64,000 bases of DNA from Eledone cirrhosa (taxonomy: Eukaryota), in assembly GCA_964016885.1 (NCBI GenBank), contig OZ024748.1, forward strand, positions 29,574,001 through 29,638,000, in the 5' to 3' direction. Shown here piece by piece: positions 12,925 to 25,500 of this stretch. The notes beneath the pieces were generated by a model. That model ran no database searches. It was not told the origin of the DNA and worked only from the letters and a program-made list of their open reading frames with translations. The translations under genes were made by a program, and so were the position numbers. Within the stretch, counting starts at the first letter, position 1. Every line of letters begins with the position of its first letter.

Positions 12925-13616
12925 AAGAAGGCCGAGGGTGTCTTGGCATCACTCAGCAAGACCTTTGTTAGCCGCTATCCAGCCATCTATTTAAAACTGT
13001 ATACAGCTATGGTATGACCACACTTGGAATTCGCATCATCAGTCTGGAACCCCTATCTTGCTCAGAACATTGACCTCCTGGAAACTGTTCAGAGACATGC
13101 AACCAAGCGCATACCCTCCATCAGACACCTACCATACTCTGAACGCCTTGCTTCCCTGGGCATGGATTCATTGAAGCTCCGACGTCTAGCGATGGACTTG
13201 GTGAATACCCACAAAGTTATTAACCATCTCGCCAATTGCAACCCTGAGCACCTTTTTGATCTCCATGTGTCTAACACACGTGGACATGCCTACAAAATCA
13301 GAAAACAGCACAGTTCCCATGACTTTCGTAGACATTTTTTCACGCTCAGAGTTGCTGAAGCATGGAACAAACTGCCTGCGTCAGTTGTTAGCTGCCGAGA
13401 CACTGCATCCTTTAAGACACTCATGCTTCCCGAAATACGCCAAAACTACACCTGATGTACCCCTCCCATACACATGCACACGTGTGTATCATGACTCGTG
13501 CACTGTTCATTTTACTGATGTTTGTGCTTTGCCCTATGTACTGTACATGCACTTTTTGATGAGTTGTGGTGCACCTGGGCACTGTACACAATATTTCATT
13601 ATTATTATTATTATTA
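12925..13616 (+). mobile_element. 5'-truncated CR1/L2-group LINE 3' end with (ATT)n tail
   Basis: ORF 13024-13455 EFASSVWNP...LETVQRHATK...TRGH...FFTLRVAEAWNKLP; a second copy of the 3' UTR at 13817-13948. Confidence 0.85.
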
Positions 13617-13813
13617 GGGCGGTGGATTGGCAGTATCGGTAGAGGGCCGGACGCCATGCTTTCCAGCATAGTTACGTCCCTTTACAATCTGAGTTCAAAT
13701 CCCGCCGAGGTTGACTTTGCCTTTCATCCTTACGGGGTCGATAAAATAAAGTACCAGTAATGCACTGGGTAATTGCTGGCCTTGTGCCTAAAGTAGAAAC
13801 AATTATTATTATT
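13617..13813 (+). mobile_element. tRNA-derived SINE family A
   Basis: GGGCGGTGGATTGGCAGTATCGG...GAGTTCAAATCCC...GCCTTTCATCCTTACGGGGTCGATAAAATAAAGTACCAG...(ATT)n. Further copies at 13949-14083, 30224-30408, 33835-34040, 35773-35958, 41342-41525, 57085-57240. Confidence 0.8.
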
Positions 13814-16294
13814 ATATCATGACTCATACACTGTTCATTTTCCTGACATTTGTACATTATTCTATGTACTATACATGCACCTTTGATGAGTTGTAGTGCA
13901 CCTGAGCACTGTACACAATAATTTCATTATTATTTCATTATTATTATTGTCCCTTTACGATCTGAGTTCAAATCCCGCCGAGGTTGACTTTGCCTTTCAT
14001 CCTTACGGGGTCGATAAAATAAAGTACCAGTAATGCACTGGGTAATTGCTGGCCTTGTGCCTAAAGTAGAAACAATTATTATTTAAATACTATCTGAATT
14101 ATGAAATAATTAATAATCTTAGTAAATCCCTCTAAATTCTTCATTAATCAATTGAAATATAATGTATGTCTAGAAATATGGTAATGAAAGAGTTAACCTC
14201 TTCTTGAAGAGGATGTTGCTGGGAATATGTAGTGCCCCCCCCCTCCCCAATCCCGATGCTTATTCTCTTCCACCCTAAATATAGGTTCCCTGACGTATGG
14301 CTATCATTGAGAAGGCAGATGTAAAGGCATGTAGCCTAGTGGTTGGGTTGTTAGACTCAATCATAAGGTTGTGGGTTCAATTTTTGTATTAAGCAGTGCT
14401 TCAATTTCGCATATTCATAAGACTGTGGTTCCTATTATAACCCAAGAAAACTCTGAGATGCAGCTCCTGTAGGAGTTCAGCTAATCCTGCATGGGTGTGA
14501 ACTGTAAATTTCATTATTAGGATCGATACCACAATCTAATGACTGAAACCAGTAAAAGAGTACTTTGTTTTTCTGATAGAAATTATTTTTTTTTTTTTCT
14601 TTTAGAGACAGACTGCTAATCTTCCGAATTCTCCAAGGTATTTTGTGGCACAGTGGAGAGCAGTTTCCTGTATTACTTGAATCCAGAGGTTCCACAGGTT
14701 AATTTTAATCTTTGTCTCCTGTCAATTGTGTCAGGTAGAAGAGCAATTAATGAATTATCTCCAAATTGGTGTGGAGTAAGTCATCTTATTTACTCCCATC
14801 AACTGGAAACTAAAGAATAAGAAAACTTAAATGTGGCTTTTCATAGGTAGAATTGGAGATGATGGAAGACTTGAGTGTGGCTTTTCATGACTGGAATCAC
14901 TCAAGTGTGGTTTCCTATTCCTGGCAGAACTCTTAGAGTAAAAATAGCAGTTTCACTTAATAGGTGAACCTATTTAGTAAACCTGTTGTTTTTACTGGAA
15001 GAGTTATAATAAAATAGAATAGGAGAAAGTGGGCAGTTACTACTGCAACTTATAATCTTCATAGGCCACTGGATCTACTAAATAGAGCCAACATATGTGG
15101 ATGTGGTGCAAACAGTGCCTCCTCTAATTTACTACCTGTGCCATTGATTAAATCAGTAATTTTCTTCTTCCTGTTGTTAACACTAAAGTTACTTCAAGAT
15201 AAAGGTTTTATCACTGCCACTTTTCAGTGGTGGTATTATTTAAAGTAACAATATAATAATGATAATATGTTTATATAATAATAATTATGACATCAGTGAC
15301 AGTGACAAGATATAATTTACTGGAATAACAATAGTCAGAATTAAATTTCAGTGCTTTATTTTATAACATACTAGACATATCCAGTTCAATCTCCTTTGAA
15401 GAATGCTTTCTATAATTTGCTGATAGATAGGAATATATAGACAAAAGGAGTAATACATATACAGGTACAAATGTGTGTGTAGAAGCTAGTGTTTTATTTC
15501 ACTGTCATTTCTAGCAAAACCAGTTACCACAATGTTGATAGATTGATAGATAGATAGGAATTCATAGAGACAGAAAGAGTAATACATAGATAGGTAAAAC
15601 TCAATCTGTGTGTGTGTGTGGTAGAAACTAAGGTTTTATTTTGCTGTCATTTCTAGCAAGACAGGTTACTACAACAAAGCTCTTTGCGCCGTGTACAACA
15701 GACAGGCACAGACAAATAGATAAAGGGCCAACCGCAGGCCTTTTACAAAGCCACCTACGTTGCTCGGGAATGAAAGTGTTTCTTATATATTAGAAGAAGA
15801 AAGCAAAACATGTATAGATGGATGCAAAAAATAAGGAAAAGTTCATTTCTAGAATTACAAAACATTTTGTGTAGCATTTGAGCAGTAAAACACTTTTCTT
15901 TTGTACTTGTAGTTGCACAAGAATTTGCAAGCTTCAAGGGCTCTTTATAGCAGGGTAAAGTTGCTTGTAGGCTCTTTGTCTAGTTGAAGGGTGTAAAATT
16001 TCTTTTACACTAATCCAATTTGTCTAAAGATACCATACTGAGATATGTATTTACCATTTTTTTTACATTACTTATGAGTGATAGTTAGTAGGCAGAAACT
16101 TTATGGAAATCTCTTGTGTGTGCATTAACCGTTTATGCCCTGTAACTTAGCAGTTTGATAAAATAATTACAAGACTTGAAAAAATACCCATTAGTTTGAT
16201 ATGATCAACCCAATCCCTTGATGGCTACAGTATAATGATTGAAAAGACTAAATGATAATTTATCGATTTAAAAATAAGCCTTTATTCGAAAATA

Positions 16295-16542
16295 TTATTT
16301 ATAAAATATCAAATATGAATAAAGGGATATGATTCCTGGGTTCTGCTGTGGATCTGGAGTTTTTCCTTTATACCAACCAAAGTATTTGATAATGTTGTGT
16401 ATTCTCGTGTGATTTGTAATGTCAATGAGCCAAGGGTTAACCTGTAAACCATCACACCAACCATCACGTCCATACAGCCAGGTTCCATGTTCATTTGGAA
16501 CAACTCCCACTGATGCTTTGTTAGCACAGCCAAGTGCTGTTC
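16295..16542 (-). CDS. PNGase F-like gene last exon
   Basis: cag|GTALGCANKASVGVVPNEHGTWLYGRDGWCDG...YSYLIFYK-TAA; AATAAA on the minus strand at 16281-16286. Confidence 0.9.
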
Positions 16543-19500
16543 CTGTATAAAAGATGCACAAGATGAGAAATGACAGATCAAGGACACTATGTGCCACCGG
16601 GAATTGAACTCATGACCTTACGATCATTAGCTGAATAACTAACCACTAAGCTATAATATAGAAATACTTACCTGCATTATCAAATGTGATGTTGTATATT
16701 TTGTCGTTGATGTCAAAGTGGTGTGATGTCACACAAAATTCTCCACATCCATTTTCATCACTACCATGCCCTGTTATCACAGCATATATCATAATCTAAA
16801 CAGAAGAGAGGAAACAGAAAATTATTGCTTGATGAACATCACACAAGTCTAAAACTATTTTAGCCTTTTTTTATACCAAACCACCTACCGTATATACTCG
16901 AATATAAGCTGACCTCCTATTTTATGTCTGAGAAATGGGCAAAAATCCAAACCCCATTTATAAGCTGAGGCAGCTAAACACATTGTTTAGATGGCATGTA
17001 TACCCCTCCCCCCATTTTACTATTGACTTTTTGGTCACATATTCCACTGCTTATATTTGAGTATCTATGGTAATTAAAAACAAGCAAGTGACTTTCATTA
17101 GAGATATGGTAACAAACAGGTTATGGAAGAGATTCTTTTTACTAGGTTTTGGAAGAAGAAGCAGTGCCCACAACGACATTCTACGTACAATCCTTTTGGA
17201 AAGAGATGAGCAGGGAAGGAGTTCCAGAGGGTAAGAAGGACTGGGTATAGAAGTTTGAGTAGAGTAGTTTGAACTCAACATGGGTGATGAGAGGAAGAGA
17301 AAGGAGTGTTTGAGTGGAGGTGGCAGAGGGAGGAGAGAGTGTATGTGTAGGCCAGAAGCTGGAGAGGGTCAGTGAGTGAGTTTATACTGATTAGCTGAGT
17401 AGCTTTTCACTGGATGCCTGTGTGAGAAGCATAGATGTAACAGATTTGGGTGCAGTACAACATTGTGGGTCTCACTTGAGTCTTGCAGAGGGTCATTAAA
17501 AAGGTCAAATTATTTATAATATCAATTTATATTATGATATAAAATTGATGAAACAAACCTTGCTATATTTTTGGTCCACTTGAAAGTGATAAGGTTTGAA
17601 GTGCTTATTGTAATTGTGGTCAAAGGTTGCTCCTGGCAGGAAGAGGACTTTAGCTTCTGCTGGATACAACAAAGAACTTGAATCTATACAGAAATAAAAA
17701 AATATATATATATAAGAACATCTACTTTTTCATAAATCAATTGAAATTTGTGCAGAAATGATAAACTTACAGTTGTGGTTTTTTAGAGGTCAGGGTATTC
17801 AGCTCACAATCACAGGCAGCGTATTGTGTCCTTGAGCAAGACACTTTTTTTCACGTTGTCCAATCAGCTGACAAAAATGTGTTTTACCTGTAATTCAAAG
17901 GGCCAGCCTTATCACATTTTGTGTCACGCTATCCCTGAGAACTACATTAAAGGTACACGTGTTTGTAAAATGCTCAGCCATTTGTACATTAATTTCATAA
18001 GGAAGCAGCTCCATTGATCATAACTGGAATACTCATTGTCATAACTGACAAAGGTCCAAGGCAAATTGGTAGAGTTGTTAGGGCATCAGACCATATGCCT
18101 CAATATGTTTTCATTAGTTCAATTGAATGATCAACTCCTTTCCTTTTTTTTCATCCCTGATTGAGCAATAGCATTCCACTCATTTTGAGAATTATAGCCT
18201 AGAGGTGAAGATGTAAAATGGTTAACTTACTATTTGTGTGGGGATTTGAAAACCTTAGAGAAGCTGATGGTTTCCATGGTGATGCCCAGGGATCAGTGAA
18301 CATGTGGAAGGTACATTGACGAGAGGTCAGCAAGGGTAGTAAAGGACTTACATCTGTTATCCAAATTCCAATACGTCTAGGTGAGAAGAATGTAGTATAT
18401 ATATATGTAATATAAATGATGATGATATAGCAAATTATAAACAAAACCAAATAAGAAAGAAAGAACAAAGTAATATACCTGCGAAATGGTGTAATCCATC
18501 TCCCTAGCTCCATGTTACATAATGGAGAAGATTTATTGCAGCACACATGTAAGCTAACAGTACGGTCCCATGTAGGACAGTCCTCATCTCTGGTGCCAGG
18601 ACAAGATAGGTTCACCTGTAGTTCAAAGGTTGTGTAAGTTCTCAGTTCTGGAATAGTGATAAAGAAGGTGGAGGAGTACATCATGGCGATTAATAACCCT
18701 TTTGATACAAAACTACCTGAAACCCCCTGGTTTTACAATACAAAACTGTTTATTTCAAAGTGTGAGCTATATAAATGCACCCAGTACACTCTGTAAAGTG
18801 GTTGGTGATAGGAAGGGTATTCAGCTGTAGGAAATCTGTGAAACAAAGGGTTGGGAGGACTTTTCAGTCATGCCATAGACATGACAACCTCCCTAATGTT
18901 GGTGACTTACACACTAATCACACACAGGACACTCTGTAAAGTTGGTGATAGGAAGGGCATTCAGCTGTAGAAAACTTGCTAAACAAAGGTTGGACAACCT
19001 TTGCTAGCAGGGAAAACATGCTAAATAATGAGGATGATGATGTTTATATTTATCTAACATCTTTCCATTGTAATTTTATGTATAACCCTTCATTAAACAC
19101 CAGCTTAATAATGAGTTAGTTATTTTAATAAATCCTTTCAAATTCTTAATCTACCCTGAGAATTATGTTAAGAGTATACATGTGTCTATGGAATGCTCAG
19201 CCACTTGCACATTAATTTCCTATTCAGCGAACAATTGAAACCCTCATTGTTGAAACTGATTCCATAACTCTGATACAGAAACAGTATCAATTCAAAAGAC
19301 TTTAAAAACATTGCTAGTATGAAGAATACCTACTTTTCAATGGTGGTAATGTTACATTGGCAATAACTCCCATTTTGCTTTTCATTGTGACATTTTGAAA
19401 CAACGGCACAACAAGATCCGATTGCCAAAGTCTTCTTTCAAGTTTATTTTGAAATTTCATCCTGAAAAATTAGTAAAAGTGAAACCCTCACAAGTTATGG

Positions 19501-22500
19501 GTAAATTATACTACTTGCACACTCACACACACATACATATGGATGTATGCATACACACACATACTTTAACAGACACATACACATTGACACAAACACATGG
19601 ATGTATGCACATACATTGACAGACATAGCCGATGGATGGACACATGTACACACACATAAACAGACAGATGAACACAAACACACATTGAGACATTGATCTA
19701 TACACACACACATCAACATGCATCAACACACAGACGAATGGACACTCATGCACTGACAAAAATGTTTAAATAATACAAAATTTTAATAAAATCAGATTTA
19801 GATGGAGAAATAATAAATACAATACAAGCATGTGGTTAGAATGTCTCAAGAAAGATTCGCTGGACAGATTTTACAGGCAAAACTAACTAGCAGGAGACTC
19901 AGGGGTAGACCTCGAACAAGATGGTTGGATAGCATCCATGAGCTTGGCTGGTCTCACTTGGGGATGGTTGCTTTTGACAAGACCCACTAGGAGTGTTTGA
20001 GGTCTCTGACCTCAGGAATAAGTGACCGAAGAAGATAATAAATATAATAAAATAACATAAAAACCACTCACCATTCTGCCTGCCATACTAAGAAGTTTGC
20101 TGATGGGTATAACATCCAACCAAATTCCATTAGCTTCCCCAATGGGTTAATGGCCATATAGAAATTATGTGATGGATTGTTCTGGAGCTGGATTGTTAAT
20201 GGACCATTGCTGTATAAAACAGAAAACAATATAAGACCATTAACATCATTGTGATCATTTTATGTTGCCTTCCATGGGTTCAACCAATGTACTTTACAGG
20301 GTGTACTTTCCAGAGATAAAAATCAAAATTATTTAGAAACATTCTTCCACTTATTCTTAATCATCATCATCATCCTTTTTACATCCATTTCTCCACCATG
20401 CTGGCATGGGTTGGATGAGATCTTTTTGTGTCGGGTTTTCCAGGGCCTAATGTGAATATATAAGCTTTTCATTATCATATTTGAAATGAAAGACACTGCC
20501 TATGATTTTCAAATAATTTTGTTGGAAATATTTTGTAATATAACTAACTTTCTCATAATTAAACTGGTATTTAGAACATAATTTTATTATGTAAAGTGTT
20601 TAGATAATAGAACCTCTAACAACTGTCATGGTACAAATTTAAGGACTGCCACCCTCAATGCTGGTACCCTGAAAGGCAAATCAGGTGAAATTGTGGAACT
20701 GTTAGAGAGAAAAGAAGTAGATATATGCTGTGTACAAGAAGTGAAATGGAGAGGAGCCTCAGCGAGACTAATCATGGGCAAGCAATATAGATATAAACTC
20801 TGCTTGATAGGAAATGACGATGGGGTGTAAGCGTCTTACTAGCTGAGAAATGAGTAGATAAGGTGATAGAGGTAGTTAGAGTAAGTGACAGAATCATCAA
20901 GTTTAGATTAATTGTAGGAAATAGAATGGTAACAATTACAAATACCTATGCTCCACAGGCAGGACTAAGTAAAGGCCAAAAAAACAGGTTTTATGGGGAA
21001 CTTTTACAGACAACTTCAGGTATTGACAAAAGAGACCTCATCATCTTGGTAGGTGACTTCAATGGACATATGGGGCAGTACTAGGAAGGATTCAGCAGAT
21101 ATGGTTATGGCTGAAGAGGAACTGAGACTCCTGGAATTCTGTGATGCAAATGAACTAACCAACTGCAACACAAATTTCAGGAAAACTGCTAATCATCTGA
21201 TTTCATATCAATTAGGTGAACACACAAACCAAATTGATTACTTACTTGTAAGACAAAAAAATAAATGGACTATAATAAACTCTAAGGCCTTCCCTTGGGA
21301 AGAATGCACCACCCAGCACAAGTTAGTAGTTATTAATGACATCAAAATAAACAAAAGACAGAACAACACAGGAAAATATGGAGACAAAGGGTGTGGAAAC
21401 TAAAGGTTTAGAAAGGCCCTATGGGATGCACTTGATGAGAGGGATGACGAGCTAGATATATATAATGTAGAGCACAACTGGAAATTCTTATGCGACAACC
21501 TTTTGCAAACTACTGATGAGACTTGCAGCTGGAATAAAGTACCAGCCAGACAGAAGGTGACCTGGTGGTGGAACAATACAGTGAATAGAAACATTAAAGC
21601 CAAGAGACAGGCATGGGAAAATGGGGGTAGCAGAGACCAGTACCAAGTAGCTAAGAAAGAAGCTAGGCAACAGGTATAAACAGCTCGGAGAAACGCTGAA
21701 GAAATTAAATTTGTCAAGACGTGAAGTGTTCTGTACTGCAAGGCAATGTTTTAGTGTAAATTGAGATGTTGTTAGGGAGAAATGTGTTAGAAATGATGCT
21801 GGTGCACTTAGCACCACTGATGCCCAAAAGAAAAAGGCTTAGAAATGTTACTATGAGAGATTGATGAATGGAAGGAAGAGAACTACCCCCAACTTACCCA
21901 AAGGAAGGACCAGCTATTGATGTTCACAGTTTTAGGGTAAAGACGCAATCAAGAAGATGAAGAACGGTAAAGCTGTGGGGGCCATCAGAAATAGTTGCTG
22001 TGATGCTAAAAACATCGGGAGAGGTAGGAGTCAAACTACCAACCCGTATAGAGGAATAAAATTAATGGACCAAGTTATGAAAGTGACAGAAAGAGTTATA
22101 GTGCAGCTAATTAGGGAAAGAGTCAAAATATATGAGATGCAGTTTGGTTTCATGCCAAAGTACTACAGATGCCTTCTTAGTGAGGCAACTACAAGGGAAG
22201 TTCCTAGCCCAAAATAAGCCACTATATTTAGCTTTTCTTGATCTAGAAAAAGCATTTGACAGAGTATCAGAATCTATTATCTTGTGGTCCTTAAGGAAAT
22301 TAGGTATAGAAGAAGGGTTTGTGAGAGCAGTGCACGCTATGTACAAAGAAGCTGTCAGTAAAGTGAGAGGAGGAATTCAAGGTACAGGTAGAAGTTCATA
22401 AAAGCTCAGTTCTTAGCAAACTGCTGTTCATTATAGTTTTCCAGACCATAACAGAAGAGTTTAAGACTGGCTGTCAATGGGAACTTCTCTAAGCAGATGA

Positions 22501-25500
22501 TTTGGTCCTTATAGCTGAAATAAAAAAAGAACTAATTGTGGAAACTGAATTTGGAATCAAAAGGTCTGAGAGTAAACATCGAAAAAAATTAAAGTGCTAG
22601 CGAGTAGGAGAAGACAGGAACCAGATTCCTTCAGGGAAGTGGCCTTGCTTGATATGTAGAAAAGGAGTAGGCATAAACTCCATACAATGTACACAATGTA
22701 AATCTTGGGTACACATAAGATGTAGTGGGATAACAAGTAGACTAACAAGAAGGGAGAACTTTGCAAGTAAAAGATGCACAGAAGCAATTGAGAAGAGTGC
22801 TAATGATATAAACCTTTCCCAATCACAGGAAAGATCTATAGAGGTGGTTGATAGCTTCTGCTATCTAGGTGACTTAATTAGCAGTGGAGGAGGGTGCGCC
22901 GAAAGGATAATAGCTAGAATAAGGAGAGGATAGAAGAAGTTTAGAGAACTACTCCCACTGTTGACAACAAAAGCTTTCTCCCTATGTACAAAAGACAATT
23001 GTATGACACCTGTGCGATGCTGCATGGTAGTGAAACATGGGCTGTGACCGCAGAGGACATGCTTAGACTGGAGAGAAATGAAGCAACCATACTTTGTTGG
23101 ATATGCAATGTAAATGAAAGGCAGAGCTTGAGTGAGATGGTGGTTTTAAGAGGAATCTGAGGTGGTGTGCAGGAGAGAAGACTGCGTTGGTATAGACATA
23201 TGAGGTGCATGGATAATGACTGATGGGTGAAGAAATGCCAGTGGAAGGAAGCTGCAGTAGAGGACAGAGGTTGTGAGAGCTGACCTCAAATCACTATGAC
23301 TGGCAGAGGAGATGACAAAAGAATGTGACATGTGGAGAAGGACCTGTCCAACCCATGCAAACATGGAAAAATGGACATAAAAACGACAATGAAAATAAAT
23401 GTGGTTGGCATTAGGAAGAGCACCCCATCGTAGAAACAGTTCTGTTTGAGCAGGACACAGTTACCTGATCTGACTTGTCTCACAACAGGACAACTATGCT
23501 AGCATAGAAAATGGATGTTGATAAACACTTTAAAATAAAGAACTGTAAGGTGAATGTGTTGGTGACACAATGAAAAAGTACCCAGTCCAACCTGTCTGTT
23601 GGTTGTTTTGGTGCCGCGATAAAAAGCACCCAGTCCAAAAGTGATGAAGATGATGATAAATATGATTGACATCAGAAAGGGCATCCAGCCATAGAAACAA
23701 TTCTGTATGAGCAATACACGGTCATCTAATCTGCCTTGTCTCAAAATGGGACAACTCGTCTAACCCATGCTAGCATAGAAAATAGACATTGTACACTGTA
23801 TCAGAAAACCAGGGTTGTTTCAGATGGTTTGGTATCAAAATAGTTCTGTTGGTGTTTTGAATTTAATTCAACAAAGGTTTTGTTTTAATATAAAATTATA
23901 ATGAAAGATGTTAATTCAAAAAGGAACTGATTAAGATAAGAGGTTTAGGGGTTGTCTCATATGGTAGAACCACATCTTGAAAGTGTTAATAGTAATTTAA
24001 CTTACTTCAATACTGATTTGTTATAAGGAACTGCTGTTGCAAAGATGGTGAATGGTTTTGTGCACTGCTCTGATTGACAGTTCATGTCTTGGAGTGGTTC
24101 ACCTGGACGCATCATTATAACTGCACCTTTGTATCCAGCTGACTGTACATTGGTGATCTGAGAGAATGGGACAAGGGGAGTAAGAGGAAGAGTAAAGAGA
24201 GAGAGAGTAAATAAAAGAGGAAGAGAGAGTGGGGGTAAGGGAAAGAGGAAGAGAATATAAGAGAGGGAAGACAAAAAGATAAAGGTATGGGAAAGTGAAA
24301 GAGAAAAGAAGGGTGAAGATAAGGAAGAAAGGATTCCTAATGTTTAATATAAATTCTGTTATTCTTAGCTTCATCATTAACCCTGTTATCCCTACTTTCA
24401 TTGTAAACCGTTATCTCTACCTTCATTGTAAACCGTTATCCCTACCTTCATCATTAATCCTGTTATTCCTACATTCATCATTAACCCTGTTATCCCTACT
24501 TTCATTGTTAACCCTGTTATCCCTACCTTCATTGCTAACCCTGCTATCCCTACCTTCATCATTAACCCTGTTATCCCTATCTTTATCATTGATACTGTTA
24601 TCCCTACCTTCATTGTTAATCCTGTTATCCCCACCTTCATTATTAACATTAATCCAGTTGTCACAACCTTCATCACAATCTACTCCAATTCAGCTGTACC
24701 ATCTTTGTCATTGCAATGTCAGGTGCAAAATGGCAAAGTCATTAAAATGTCAGCTAGAATGTTTTGCAGTATTCATACCATCGCTCTGCTCTCTGAGTTC
24801 AAATCTTGTCATGTCTAACTCTGCTTTTCATCATTTTAGAGTCGGTAAATGAAGTACCAGAGATTGATAAAATGAGTACCACACTTGAAAAATAGATACC
24901 AGGGTTAATATAATTTTACTGGAACCAGTAAAAGATTTAAAAGGAAAGATGTATAATACCTGTTGAAAGATGCTACATCCACTATTATAGACCAAAGCAA
25001 CTCTATCTGAAGAAGAAGAAAAGTGAGGAATATGTTTGCAACCATTCCATACTACATCCAACTCAAGAGTCTTGTTGATGAATTTCTCTGCTGATGGTAA
25101 CCAGTCATAGCGGGCATCTAAGCGTTTCAAGGTAACAGATGAATGGCTTCCTACGAGAAGAAAATTGTTTATCTTCATCATCATCACTATCACCACAACC
25201 ATTGGCATGATGAAGAGTGTACTAATCATTTCAAAATAAACAGGAACTAAATATTTTAGTTATTCTTTGTATTTCTTCAACATCTTCCTACTACTATTGG
25301 AAAAAAAAAACCAACCACAATCAACATCATCACCCCTTTACGTCCATTTTTCTATGCTTTCATGGGTTGGATGGATCTTCTCTAACACTCCTTAGGTTCG
25401 CTTGATGAGTTCTTTTGTTATCTACTCTATGAAGTTCAGTATTTTGAGGTCAGCTCTCACTACCCCTGCCAATGTTTTCTTCAGCCTTCCTCTTCTACAG

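Noticed and set aside
24295-24852. Leu/Ser-rich and MKVGITGL-repeat ORFs
   Set aside because: Products of the 27-bp intronic minisatellite.
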